Assembly (NCBI GenBank): GCA_964400605.1
Contig: CAYNUH010000001.1
Coordinates: forward strand, 621 to 64,620
Direction of reading: 5' to 3'
From: an uncultured Acidobacteriota bacterium
GTDB taxonomy: Bacteria > Acidobacteriota > Polarisedimenticolia > JACPZX01
DNA length: 64,000 nucleotides
The notes under the pieces were generated by a model. That model searched no databases and was not told the DNA's origin. It saw only the letters and a program-made list of their open reading frames with translations. This document shows positions 35,368-43,823 of the stretch, piece by piece (the stretch's first letter is position 1; every line of letters starts with the position of its first letter). Both the position numbers and the translations under genes were made by a program.

Positions 35368-36078
35368 TTATCTGCGCTCCAGGAGTGAGGCGACCTTCCT
35401 TCTGAGTTCGTCGCCGACGTTCATTCCTTTGTGAACGATGTCGTCGGCTCCGAGCTCCTTCAGCTCCTCCCAAGCCTCACCGTACAGCTCGGTCTCGTCG
35501 CGCGCGGTGAAGATGAGGATGGGGAAGGTCTTGGCGGGGATGGCCCGCAGCAGCTCACGGCCGTCCTGGTTCCGGGCGAGGCTCAGGTCGAGGATCATCA
35601 GGCTGGGCGGGTCGGCCTCGATCACCTTGAGGGCTTCGTCCTTCGTGGACACGGAGACCGTGCGGAATTCCTGCCCGAGGGCCTCGCGGGTGAGCTCCGT
35701 GAAGTACTTCTGGTCCTCCACCAGCAGGATGACCCTGCGGCCGGGCCCGCCGGCCGCCGCCCGCGGGCGGGAGTCGGGGAGGAAGGCGTGGCCGCATTTC
35801 GGGCAGGTGACGCGCGTATCCACCGGGGGCGCCGGCACCGGACCGCGGTTCATGGGGGATGTGGCGTCGGCTGCGGCCACAACTCCTCCTGAGATCGGAG
35901 GCTGGGGCGCGGCCGCGGCGGATCCGGCCGCGCTCACGGCGCCCACCTCGCCGGTGGCCTGCCGGAAGATGTCCCACCGCTTCCCGCAGGTCGCGCAGGT
36001 GAGGCGGCCGCCGCGCTTCGGGATCTTCTTCTCGTCCACGAAGTAGGTGGCGCCGCAGTCTGGGCACGTCACGTTCAA
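35368..36078 (-). CDS. Response regulator receiver protein with two N-terminal MJ0042-type zinc ribbons
   Basis: CPDCGATYFVDEKKIPKRGGRLTCATCGKRW and VTCPKCGHAF zinc fingers. Pro/Ala linker. REC domain (RVILLVEDQ...LMILDLSL...IVHKG). Confidence 0.75.
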   Translation of the reverse strand: MNVTCPDCGATYFVDEKKIPKRGGRLTCATCGKRWDIFRQATGEVGAVSAAGSAAAAPQPPISGGVVAAADATSPMNRGPVPAPPVDTRVTCPKCGHAFLPDSRPRAAAGGPGRRVILLVEDQKYFTELTREALGQEFRTVSVSTKDEALKVIEADPPSLMILDLSLARNQDGRELLRAIPAKTFPILIFTARDETELYGEAWEELKELGADDIVHKGMNVGDELRRKVASLLERR

Positions 36079-36147
36079 CGGGCGTCCCTCCCTTCTCGTC
36101 GCGGATGATCATGTCACCGGTCCCGGCGGGGCGCAAGGAACGGTTGT

Positions 36148-36176
36148 TGATGGCCCTTTTGGTGGTGCCTATACTG
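36148..36176 (+). promoter_or_regulatory. Sigma70-like promoter (TTGATG, 17-nt spacer, TATACT) upstream of greA
   Basis: Located about 85 nt upstream of the greA start. Confidence 0.35.
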
Positions 36177-36260
36177 CTTTCCGGTGCGTGATCGCAGGCT
36201 TGGGTCTTTCGTCTGTCGCGGGGCTGTGAGGGGGCGCGGAGGCGGCTCCGGGACCCCGAG

Positions 36261-36734
36261 GTGCAACCGGTGAAGATCAAGGAAAAGCTCGCGAGCGAGC
36301 TCAAGAGTCTGCAGCGCGAGCTGAGGATCGAACTGCCCCAGGAGATCAAGCGCGCCCTCTCGATGGGCGACCTGCGGGAGAACGCCGAGTATCACGCCGC
36401 GCTCGAGAGGCAGTCGTTCGTGAAGGCCCGCATCGGGCAGATCCAGACGCGTCTCGGCGAGATCTCCCTCATCCGCCGCGAGGACATCTCGAAGGACAAG
36501 GCGGGTCTGGGCTCGTTGCTGACGGTCCTCGACCTCAGCGCCAACAAGGAGCTCAGCTACGACATCGTGCTCCCCGACGAAGCCGATCCGAACACGGGCA
36601 AGATCTCCATCACCTCGCCCCTCGGCCGCGGATTCGCGGGCCGCGAGGTGGGCGACGAGGTGTCGATCCAGGTCCCTTCGGGGACGCGCAAGTACGAGAT
36701 CCTCTCCCTCAAGACAATCCACGATCGGGAATGA
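36261..36734 (+). CDS. greA: Transcription elongation factor GreA
   Basis: GreA N-terminal coiled coil (GDLRENAEYHAALERQSFVKARIGQIQTRL) and C-terminal FKBP-like domain. A GTG at 36270 with better SD spacing is an alternative start. Confidence 0.9.
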   Translation: MQPVKIKEKLASELKSLQRELRIELPQEIKRALSMGDLRENAEYHAALERQSFVKARIGQIQTRLGEISLIRREDISKDKAGLGSLLTVLDLSANKELSYDIVLPDEADPNTGKISITSPLGRGFAGREVGDEVSIQVPSGTRKYEILSLKTIHDRE

Positions 36735-37437
36735 AGGAGCGCACTCTCAGCCAGGCGATCGTCCATGCGATCTTCAGGGCCGCCCTGGCCGAGCCGCCGA
36801 TCGTTCCGCTGATCTTCGACACTCCCATGCGAGGCCGGTAGGGGACCGGGATCTCGGTCACGCGAAGGCCCTCCATCAGGGCCTTCACCTGCATTTCAAC
36901 CGTCCAGCCGAAATCCGGATCCCGCGTGCGCATTCGCTTCAGTGCCGCCGGGGTGGCGGCTCGGAACGGCCCCAGGTCGGTGTACCGGTGACCGAAGAGA
37001 AGGCGGATCATCCCGCAGGCCAGCGCGTTGCCCATCCGCTGGTGGGCACGCAGGGCGCCCGGCTCGGCCCGGCCGGCGGCACGCGATCCGATGACCAGAT
37101 CGAACGCTCCCGCGCGGATGGGGCGAATCAGATCCGGTATCAGCGCCGGATCGTCGCTGCGGTCCGCGTCCAGGAAAACCAGGATCGCCGCCGCGGGGAT
37201 CTCCCGCTCGACGGCCTCGATGCCGCGAAGGCACGCGGCCCCGTACCCCCGCCGAGGCTCGTGCACGACCCGGGCGCCGCCCTCGGCCGCCACGCGCGCG
37301 GTTCTGTCCCGGCTCCCGTTGTCCACGACGACCGTCGATGCGATGAGACCCAACGCGCGCAGATCCGCGAGGACATGGGGGAGGGCGGCCTCCTCGTCCA
37401 GGGCCGGGATGACGACGGCCACACGGTCCAGTTCCAT
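36709..37437 (-). CDS. Family 2 glycosyltransferase (polyprenol-phosphate sugar synthase-like)
   Basis: VAVVIPALDEE...VVVDNGSRDRT...FLDADRSDD (GT2 DxD motifs). The 3' end overlaps the greA 3' end by about 26 nt (convergent). Confidence 0.8.
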   Translation of the reverse strand: MELDRVAVVIPALDEEAALPHVLADLRALGLIASTVVVDNGSRDRTARVAAEGGARVVHEPRRGYGAACLRGIEAVEREIPAAAILVFLDADRSDDPALIPDLIRPIRAGAFDLVIGSRAAGRAEPGALRAHQRMGNALACGMIRLLFGHRYTDLGPFRAATPAALKRMRTRDPDFGWTVEMQVKALMEGLRVTEIPVPYRPRMGVSKISGTIGGSARAALKIAWTIAWLRVRSFIPDRGLS

Positions 37438-37532
37438 GACTTCCTCCTGGGTGGTCCGTACGCCGCCGGCAACTATACTATGCGAGTCCCGCGGGCCATC
37501 CGGCTTCCGCGGCGGGGAGGAGAAGCCCGGCG

Positions 37533-38450
37533 ATGAACGAACTATCCGCCGCGCGCCCCGTGAGCGTAACGCTCGGGGGCGCGGTGGCCGGCCTCGCGCG
37601 ATCCCTCCGCGTGCGGCAGTGGACCAAGAACAGCGTCATCCTGGCGGCGCTCCTCTTCTCCCGCCACGTGCAGGATCCCGAGCGCGTGGCGCGCGCCGGG
37701 ATCGCCTTCGGCGTCTTCTGCCTGCTCTCCAGCGCCGTCTACCTTCTCAACGACGTGTTCGATCTCGCGAACGATCGCATGCACCCGACGAAACGCCTGC
37801 GCCCGATCGCGGCCGGGGAAGTCCCGCCCGCGCTGGCCGTGGTCGTGGGGGCCGGCCTCGGCGCCGGAAGCCTGGTGCCGGCCTTCTTGATCGCGCCCGC
37901 GTTCGCCGCGATCGGCGGCGTCTACCTGGCCGCCAACCTCATGTACTCGGCCTGGCTCAAGAAGGTCGTGATCGTGGACGTCATGATCATTTCGATGGGT
38001 TTCGTCCTGAGGGCTGTGGCGGGCGGCGTCGCCATCGACGTGAAGGTGTCGCCCTGGCTCATCCTCTGCACCATCCTCCTGTCCCTCTTCCTGGCGCTGT
38101 GCAAACGTCGACAGGAGCTGGCTCTGCTGGAAGACGCCACGGGGCACCGGGGCATCCTCAAGGAATACTCCATCGCGTTCCTCGACCAGATGATCGCCAT
38201 CGTGACGGCCGCGACGCTCGTGACGTACTCCGCCTACACGCTCTCTCCGGACGTGCAGCTGAAGGTCGGCAGCGACCGTCTCTACCTGACGGTCCCGTTT
38301 GTGATCTACGGCATCTTCCGCTACCTTTACCTGGTCCACAAGAAGGAGATGGGCGGCAGCCCCACCGAGGCGCTTTTCTCGGATAGGCCCCTCATGATCA
38401 ACATCGTGCTGTGGGCCGCCACGGCCGGGCTGATCCTCTACTCCAGCTAG
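37533..38450 (+). CDS. UbiA-family decaprenyl-phosphate phosphoribosyltransferase-like prenyl-P sugar transferase
   Basis: RQWTKNSVILAALLFS...NDVFDLANDRMHPTKRLRPIA... (UbiA NDxxDxxxD motif; similarity to DPPR synthase). Confidence 0.75.
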   Translation: MNELSAARPVSVTLGGAVAGLARSLRVRQWTKNSVILAALLFSRHVQDPERVARAGIAFGVFCLLSSAVYLLNDVFDLANDRMHPTKRLRPIAAGEVPPALAVVVGAGLGAGSLVPAFLIAPAFAAIGGVYLAANLMYSAWLKKVVIVDVMIISMGFVLRAVAGGVAIDVKVSPWLILCTILLSLFLALCKRRQELALLEDATGHRGILKEYSIAFLDQMIAIVTAATLVTYSAYTLSPDVQLKVGSDRLYLTVPFVIYGIFRYLYLVHKKEMGGSPTEALFSDRPLMINIVLWAATAGLILYSS

Positions 38451-38464
38451 ATCGAAGGCCCTCC

Positions 38465-39604
38465 ATGACCCGCGCCCGCGTGGCCGTCATCAGGACCGAT
38501 GTCGGGTCGGTGCTCGATGACTATGTCCGTCTCGCCCGCCTCGCGGGGATGGATCGGACGTTGTCGCGCGACCTCCCCACGCTCATCAAGCTGAACCTCT
38601 CCTGGACGAAATACTTCCCGGCCTGCTCTTCCGAGCCGTGGCAAGTGGAGGGGGCCGTGCGGGCCCTGCTCGAGATGGGGTACCGCCGCGAGATGCTCGC
38701 GCCGGTCGAGAACCGCACCGTCGTGACGGACCCGTGGAAGGGAGCACGCAACAACCGCTGGCTCCAGGTCCTCGAGACCTTCGGGCTCAAGTTTCAGCCC
38801 CTCACGGAGGTCGAGTGGGAGGTGTACCGCTTCAAGGCGCCTCTGCTGCGCCTCAACGAGATCTTCCCGGAGGGGATCGAGATCCCCCGGATGTACGTCG
38901 GGCGGCAGGTGCTGCACCTTCCGACGGTGAAGACGCACGGGCACTGCACCACCACGGGATCCGTCAAGAACGCGTTCGGCGGGCTTCTCAAGGAGGTCCG
39001 CCACTACGCCCACAAGCACATCCACGAAGTGCTCGTGGACCTCGTGATGATGCAGAAGGAAATCCACCCGGCCGTCTTCACCCTCATGGACGGCACCGTG
39101 TGCGGCGACGGGGCGGGCCCCCGGACCATGGTCCCGGTCGTGAAGGACTTTGTCCTCGGGGCCGCCGACTCGGTGGCCATCGACGCGGTGGCGGCGCGGA
39201 TGATGGGCTTCGATCCCATGCGGATCGATTACCTGCGCATCTGCCACGAGAGGGGCCTGGGCGTGGCCGACCCGCGGTTCATCGACGTGGACGGGGACTC
39301 CATCGAGGGCGTGGACTTCGGCTTCCGGGTCTCGCGCTCTCTCGTGATCTGGGGCGACCAGATGCTGAGGCGGGGCCCGCTGCGCTTCCTGGAAAAGATC
39401 GCGCTGCACTCGCCGCTGGTCTTCTGGGCGCCGCTGGCCTCCAACTTGTACCACGACTGGCTGTGGTACCCCACCGTGGGGATGAGCCGCATCCGGGCCT
39501 ACCGCCGCACCAAGTGGGGGCGCCTCTTCGAGGATCGCTACGGGCCGGGCGGCGCCGGCGCTGCCGTGGCGCGCCCCTCTCCCGCCGCGCCCCCGAACCG
39601 CTGA
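38465..39604 (+). CDS. DUF362 domain-containing protein
   Basis: DUF362-like core (KTHGHCTTTGSVKNAFGGLL...MDGTVCGDGAGP). Start placed at ATG 38465 (MTRARVAVIRT). Confidence 0.7.
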   Translation: MTRARVAVIRTDVGSVLDDYVRLARLAGMDRTLSRDLPTLIKLNLSWTKYFPACSSEPWQVEGAVRALLEMGYRREMLAPVENRTVVTDPWKGARNNRWLQVLETFGLKFQPLTEVEWEVYRFKAPLLRLNEIFPEGIEIPRMYVGRQVLHLPTVKTHGHCTTTGSVKNAFGGLLKEVRHYAHKHIHEVLVDLVMMQKEIHPAVFTLMDGTVCGDGAGPRTMVPVVKDFVLGAADSVAIDAVAARMMGFDPMRIDYLRICHERGLGVADPRFIDVDGDSIEGVDFGFRVSRSLVIWGDQMLRRGPLRFLEKIALHSPLVFWAPLASNLYHDWLWYPTVGMSRIRAYRRTKWGRLFEDRYGPGGAGAAVARPSPAAPPNR

Positions 39605-39782
39605 TCCCCCGCCGCGAGTAGCGGCGCCAGGTCTTCGCGCAGGGTGGCCTCGATGTCCGCGGCGCGCTCCAGCGGGCGGTTGAGTGCCTCTCGCCCGGGA
39701 TTCGTCGCGCTCGACAGGGAGTGGGGTCCCGAGGAGCCCGCCCCAGCCGAGCCCGAATTGTGGAGGTGGGCGTTGTATCTGC

Positions 39783-39799
39783 TTAGCCGAATACGCTAA
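39783..39799. promoter_or_regulatory. Palindrome TTAGC-N7-GCTAA embedded in a weak TTGTAT/CTAAAT promoter upstream of acr3; candidate ArsR operator
   Basis: ttagccgaatacgctaa sits 60 nt upstream of the acr3 start, inside the only AT-richer patch of this intergenic region. Confidence 0.3.
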
Positions 39800-39859
39800 A
39801 TTTCAGGGGCACCACCGCCGCCATCCTCGCGGTCCCATCCGAAGGACGGGCCGGAACGC

Positions 39860-40981
39860 ATGAACACATTCGAACGGTATCTGAGCCTGTGGGTCGCCGC
39901 CTGCATGGGAGTGGGGATCGTCGCGGGCAGGGCGTTCCCGTCGCTCGTGGCCTGGCTTCGCGGCCTCGAGTTCGGCGAGGCCAGCCGGATCAACGTTCCG
40001 ATCGCGATCCTGATCTGGCTGATGATCTACCCAATGATGTTGAAGATCGACCTCACGTCCATCCGCGACGTCGGGAAGCGGCCTCGGGGGCTCGCCGTCA
40101 CGCTCGTCGTGAATTGGCTCGTCAAGCCGTTCTCGATGGCCCTCCTCGGCTGGGTGTTCCTCAAGCAGATCTTCTCGCCGCTCATCGGCGCGGAGCTGGC
40201 GAATGAATACGTCGCCGGGGTCGTCATCCTCGCCGCGGCTCCCTGCACGGCCATGGTCTTCGTGTGGTCCTACCTCTCGGACGGCGATCCCGCCTACACG
40301 CTGGTCCAGGTTTCTATCAATGACCTCCTGATGCTTGTCGCGTTCGCACCGATCGTGAAGTTTCTCGTCGCGGGCGCTTCGGGACTCCAGGTGCCGTTCG
40401 CGGTCCTCTTCTACTCCGTGGCGATCTTCGTGGTGATACCTCTGGCCCTCGGGTCGTTCAGCCGGACGGTGCTCGTCAGGCTCAAAGGGTTGGAGTGGTT
40501 CACGAACGTCTACGTGAATGCCTTCCGCCCCGTCGCGGTGGGCGCTCTCCTCGCCACGCTCGTGGCGATCTTCGCCTTCCAGGCGGAAAACATCACGACG
40601 CGCGGCCTCCATGTCGTGCTTATCGCCATCCCCATCCTCATCCAGGTCTACTTCAACTCAGGGCTCGCCTACGGCCTGATGCGGCTGCTCAACGTGCCCT
40701 ACGCAGTAGCGGCGCCCGGTGCGCTCATTGGTGCCTCGAACTTCTTCGAGCTCGCGGTAGCGACCGCCATTGCCGTATACGGCCCGGGCTCAGGCGCGGC
40801 TCTCGCCACGGTGGTGGGCGTTCTCGTCGAGGTTCCCGTCATGCTATCCGTCTGCCGGTTCTGTCTGGCCACCCGGCACTGGTTCGCTCCGCCCGAACCG
40901 ACTGCGGGCCTCGCCCCGGCACGCGGCGCCCCTAGGGGCCGATCGCATCGGGAGCAGGTGAAGAAGGTGACCCGTGCCTGA
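39860..40981 (+). CDS. acr3: Arsenite efflux transporter, ACR3 family
   Basis: Ten-TM ACR3 signature sequences (NTFERYLSLWV...; GLMRLLNVPYAVAAPGALIGASNFFELAVA). Confidence 0.9.
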   Translation: MNTFERYLSLWVAACMGVGIVAGRAFPSLVAWLRGLEFGEASRINVPIAILIWLMIYPMMLKIDLTSIRDVGKRPRGLAVTLVVNWLVKPFSMALLGWVFLKQIFSPLIGAELANEYVAGVVILAAAPCTAMVFVWSYLSDGDPAYTLVQVSINDLLMLVAFAPIVKFLVAGASGLQVPFAVLFYSVAIFVVIPLALGSFSRTVLVRLKGLEWFTNVYVNAFRPVAVGALLATLVAIFAFQAENITTRGLHVVLIAIPILIQVYFNSGLAYGLMRLLNVPYAVAAPGALIGASNFFELAVATAIAVYGPGSGAALATVVGVLVEVPVMLSVCRFCLATRHWFAPPEPTAGLAPARGAPRGRSHREQVKKVTRA

Positions 40982-41408
40982 GGATCCCCCCAGGGTCATC
41001 TTTGCCTGCGTCCACAACGCGGGACGTTCTCAGATGGCGGCCGCCTTGTTCAACCAACTCGCCGACCCCTCCGTGGCGGCGGCGATTTCGGCGGGGACAG
41101 ATCCAGCGCACCAGATTCACCGTGAGGTCATCGAGGTCATGCGTGAGATGGGCCTGGACCTCTCGGAGGCCAGGCCACAACGACTCACTCCCCAGGTGGC
41201 TGCCGGCGCGAGCCTCCTGGTGACGATGGGATGTGGCGAGGCCTGTCCCGCTCTTCCGGGTCTGAGGGTTGAGGAATGGCAGGTGGAGGATCCCAAAGGT
41301 CAGCCGCTCGAACGCGTCCGCAGAATCCGCGATGAACTCAATGTGAGGGTGCAGGAGCTCATCCGCGTCGAAGGATGGGGTCGCCAGCGGGGGAGACGGG
41401 AGTCATGA
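40974..41408 (+). CDS. arsC: Arsenate reductase, thioredoxin-coupled LMW-PTP type
   Basis: P-loop VIFACVHNAGRSQMA and a downstream Cys pair (TMGCGEACP). Overlaps acr3 by 8 nt. Confidence 0.85.
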   Translation: MPEDPPRVIFACVHNAGRSQMAAALFNQLADPSVAAAISAGTDPAHQIHREVIEVMREMGLDLSEARPQRLTPQVAAGASLLVTMGCGEACPALPGLRVEEWQVEDPKGQPLERVRRIRDELNVRVQELIRVEGWGRQRGRRES

Positions 41409-41755
41409 CCGCGCGCAGACAGGTGGACCTGATGTTCCGGGCCTTTTCCGACAGGACCCGCCTCCGTCTTCTCCATCTCATCAAGAACGGAGAGATCTGC
41501 GTGGGGGACCTCGTGAAAGTCCTGCGCCTACCGCAGCCGACGGTCTCGCGGCACTTGGCCTACCTGCGCCGGGCGGACCTCGTTGTGGCGCGCAAAGAGG
41601 GTCAGTGGAGTTTTTACTCCCTCGCCGGGGCCAAGGGCAGATTTCACCGTGCGCTGCTCGGGTGCCTCGGGAGCTGTCTCAGTGAGGTTCCGGATCTCGC
41701 TGCGGACGCCCAGCGTCACCGTCGAATCAGGAGGACGGGTGGATGCTGTCCCTGA
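41405..41755 (+). CDS. arsR: ArsR-family metalloregulator
   Basis: HTH: FRAFSDRTRLRLLHLIKNGEICVGDLVKVLRLPQPTVSRHLAYLRRADLV. Metal-site Cys (ICVGD; C-terminal CLGSC). ATGA overlap with arsC. Confidence 0.8.
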   Translation: MTARRQVDLMFRAFSDRTRLRLLHLIKNGEICVGDLVKVLRLPQPTVSRHLAYLRRADLVVARKEGQWSFYSLAGAKGRFHRALLGCLGSCLSEVPDLAADAQRHRRIRRTGGCCP

Positions 41756-41923
41756 TGGCTCTTGGATGTGCCTCAGCAGGCCAAGAGGGGCCTCGCCCCG
41801 AGAAGACGTGTCTCAGGTCATGGCGAGTGCCGCACCTCGCATGGGGGGGTGCCCTGCTTCGGACAGAACCCAAGGGCCCGGCCTCCTTGACTCACCCGGG
41901 GGCCCTTCGTAGATTGGCGGCGG

Positions 41924-42910
41924 ATGTCCAAGGGAACCATCCTGATCGTCGATGACTCGCCGCTGATCCGCCAGGTCGTGGCCGACGCCTTCCAGCCCGC
42001 GGGATACGAGATTCTCACGGCGGCCGACGGATCCGAGGCCCTGCGCGTGATCGCCGAGGCCCGCCCCGACCTCATCGTCTCCGACATCCTCATGCCCGTC
42101 ATGGACGGCTGGCGGCTCTGCGAGGAAGTGAGGCGTGTCCCCGAGACCGCGGGCATCCCGTTCATCTTCCTCACGACCGAGAAGGAAGTCGTCAAGAGAG
42201 TACGCGGCTTGAGAATGGGCGCGGATGACTACCTCACCAAGCCCTTCGCGCGCGAGGAGCTGGTGGCTCGGGCGGAGCGCGTGCTCGCCCGCACGCGGCA
42301 GCTCCGCGACATCTCCGCGTCGGAGATGCTTTCCGGGCACACGCAGCACCTCTCCATGGCCGATCTGCTGCAGATCCTGAGCCTCAACGGCAGGACGGGG
42401 ACCCTCAGGCTCGACGGTCCCGGGGGCCGGGAGGGGAGGATCTTCTTCCATGAGGGGCGGATCGTTCACGCGGCGCTCGGGAGGGTCCAGGGGGAGAAGG
42501 CGCTCTTCCGGATGATGATGTGGCCCGAATCGCACTTCAACCTCGAGGCGCTGCCCGAGAAGGTGACGGAGACGATTGGCGCCACCACCGCCTCCGTCCT
42601 CATGGACGGCTTCGCCCACTGGGACGAACTGCGCCGCCTCGAGGAGCACCTGCCCCCGCCGACGGCCCGGTACCGCGTGAGGGCGCAGGTGGAGAAGATC
42701 ATCGACCACATCGAGCTCAGCCCGGCGGAATCCGCTCTGGTGGACGGCGTCAGGGACAACCTGGCGGTGGGCGAAATGCTGGACGTCCTGCCGCCGCGAG
42801 ACCTCGAGATCTACCGCGCGCTCCTCGGGTTGGTGGACAAGGGTTTCTTGGAAGTCCTCGGGGAGGACGCGGACACGCAGCCTCTTCACCGCCCCGAGGA
42901 TTCGGCCTAG
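41924..42910 (+). CDS. Response regulator receiver domain fused to a DUF4388 domain
   Basis: REC (ILIVDDSPLIR...LIVSDILMPVMDG...TTEKE). Then DUF4388 (LSMADLLQILSLNGRTGTLRLDGPGGREGRIFFHEGRIVHAAL...ALFRMMMWPESHFNLE). Confidence 0.8.
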   Translation: MSKGTILIVDDSPLIRQVVADAFQPAGYEILTAADGSEALRVIAEARPDLIVSDILMPVMDGWRLCEEVRRVPETAGIPFIFLTTEKEVVKRVRGLRMGADDYLTKPFAREELVARAERVLARTRQLRDISASEMLSGHTQHLSMADLLQILSLNGRTGTLRLDGPGGREGRIFFHEGRIVHAALGRVQGEKALFRMMMWPESHFNLEALPEKVTETIGATTASVLMDGFAHWDELRRLEEHLPPPTARYRVRAQVEKIIDHIELSPAESALVDGVRDNLAVGEMLDVLPPRDLEIYRALLGLVDKGFLEVLGEDADTQPLHRPEDSA

Positions 42911-43101
42911 CCGCCGGTCGTGGATGTTCCGGCCTTTACGCCGGCGGGGCCCTGGTGGTCTTGGGCCTCGCGTGGGTCTTCCACGCGGAGGGGCGGGGAA
43001 GGCCCGGCAGCGGGCGGCTTTGACGCCGCGCGCCCCGGGGCCCATATTCCCGGGCGTTCGGCCCTGAGGGGGGCGCGAGGGTGGAAGGAGGCCAAAGAGC
43101 C

Positions 43102-43752
43102 ATGTCCGACCCGCTCGCCTCTGCGCCCGAACCCGGTGGTTCGCGATCGCGCCGGCAGCGCCGGATCCTCATCCGACCCGCCGACCAGTTCCGCACCTCG
43201 CTCGTCCCAACGCTCGGCGCCGCGGTCTTCCTCGTGCTGCTCCTCGCCGCCGTCCACCAGGTCGACGCGGCCCGCGTCCGGGAACTCTCGGAGGCGAACC
43301 CCGCATTCTCCGACGTGCTCGAGGCTCACGCGGCCGGGATGGAAGCGACGCTGGCTACGCTCGCCATCGTCTACCTGTTCGGCGTGCTCGCCGTGGGCCT
43401 CATTCACTCGCGCCGGCTCATGGGGGCTCTCTTCGCCATGCACCGGCGCCTCAGGAGAATGGCCGCGGGCGATCTCGCCACCGATCTGAGGTTGCGGCGG
43501 GGGGACTACTTCCACGACGTCGCGGACGCCATCAACGAGGCGGCGGGCGTGTTCCGGCGTCAAACGCAGGAAGACCTCGCGGACGTGGATGACCTGATCT
43601 CGGTCCTCGATCGATCCCCCCACGCGGGACCGCTGCGCGACGGACTGCGCGAAACCCTCGCCGGGATCCGGAGCCGCAAGCGCCGGCTCCTCTCCCTCGG
43701 TGATCCGGAGCCGGAAAGACGGGAGCGCCCCATCGAGGTGGTGGCCCGCTGA
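43102..43752 (+). CDS. Membrane protein with two TM helices and a HAMP domain, no kinase or MCP output
   Basis: TM1 (LGAAVFLVLLLAAV), TM2 (LATLAIVYLFGVLAVGLI), HAMP-like (RRLMGALFAMHRRLRRMAAGDLATDLRLRRGDYFHDVADAINEAAGVFRR). RBS GGAAGGAGG lies upstream of ATG 43102. Confidence 0.5.
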   Translation: MSDPLASAPEPGGSRSRRQRRILIRPADQFRTSLVPTLGAAVFLVLLLAAVHQVDAARVRELSEANPAFSDVLEAHAAGMEATLATLAIVYLFGVLAVGLIHSRRLMGALFAMHRRLRRMAAGDLATDLRLRRGDYFHDVADAINEAAGVFRRQTQEDLADVDDLISVLDRSPHAGPLRDGLRETLAGIRSRKRRLLSLGDPEPERRERPIEVVAR

Positions 43753-43823
43753 GCGCCCGGAGGCGGCGCCTGCGGGCCGCGCGCACCCGTTCCCGCGCAA
43801 CAGGCTGAACCGCCTTCGGATCC

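Noticed and set aside
35252-35473. 73-aa minus-strand ORF overlapping the response-regulator 3' end and the terminator
   Set aside because: It overlaps a confident gene in another frame. It is Arg/Ser-rich with no SD.
38447-39454. 335-aa minus-strand ORF
   Set aside because: It is antisense to the DUF362 gene.
41813-43045. 410-aa minus-strand ORF
   Set aside because: It is antisense to the REC-DUF4388 gene.
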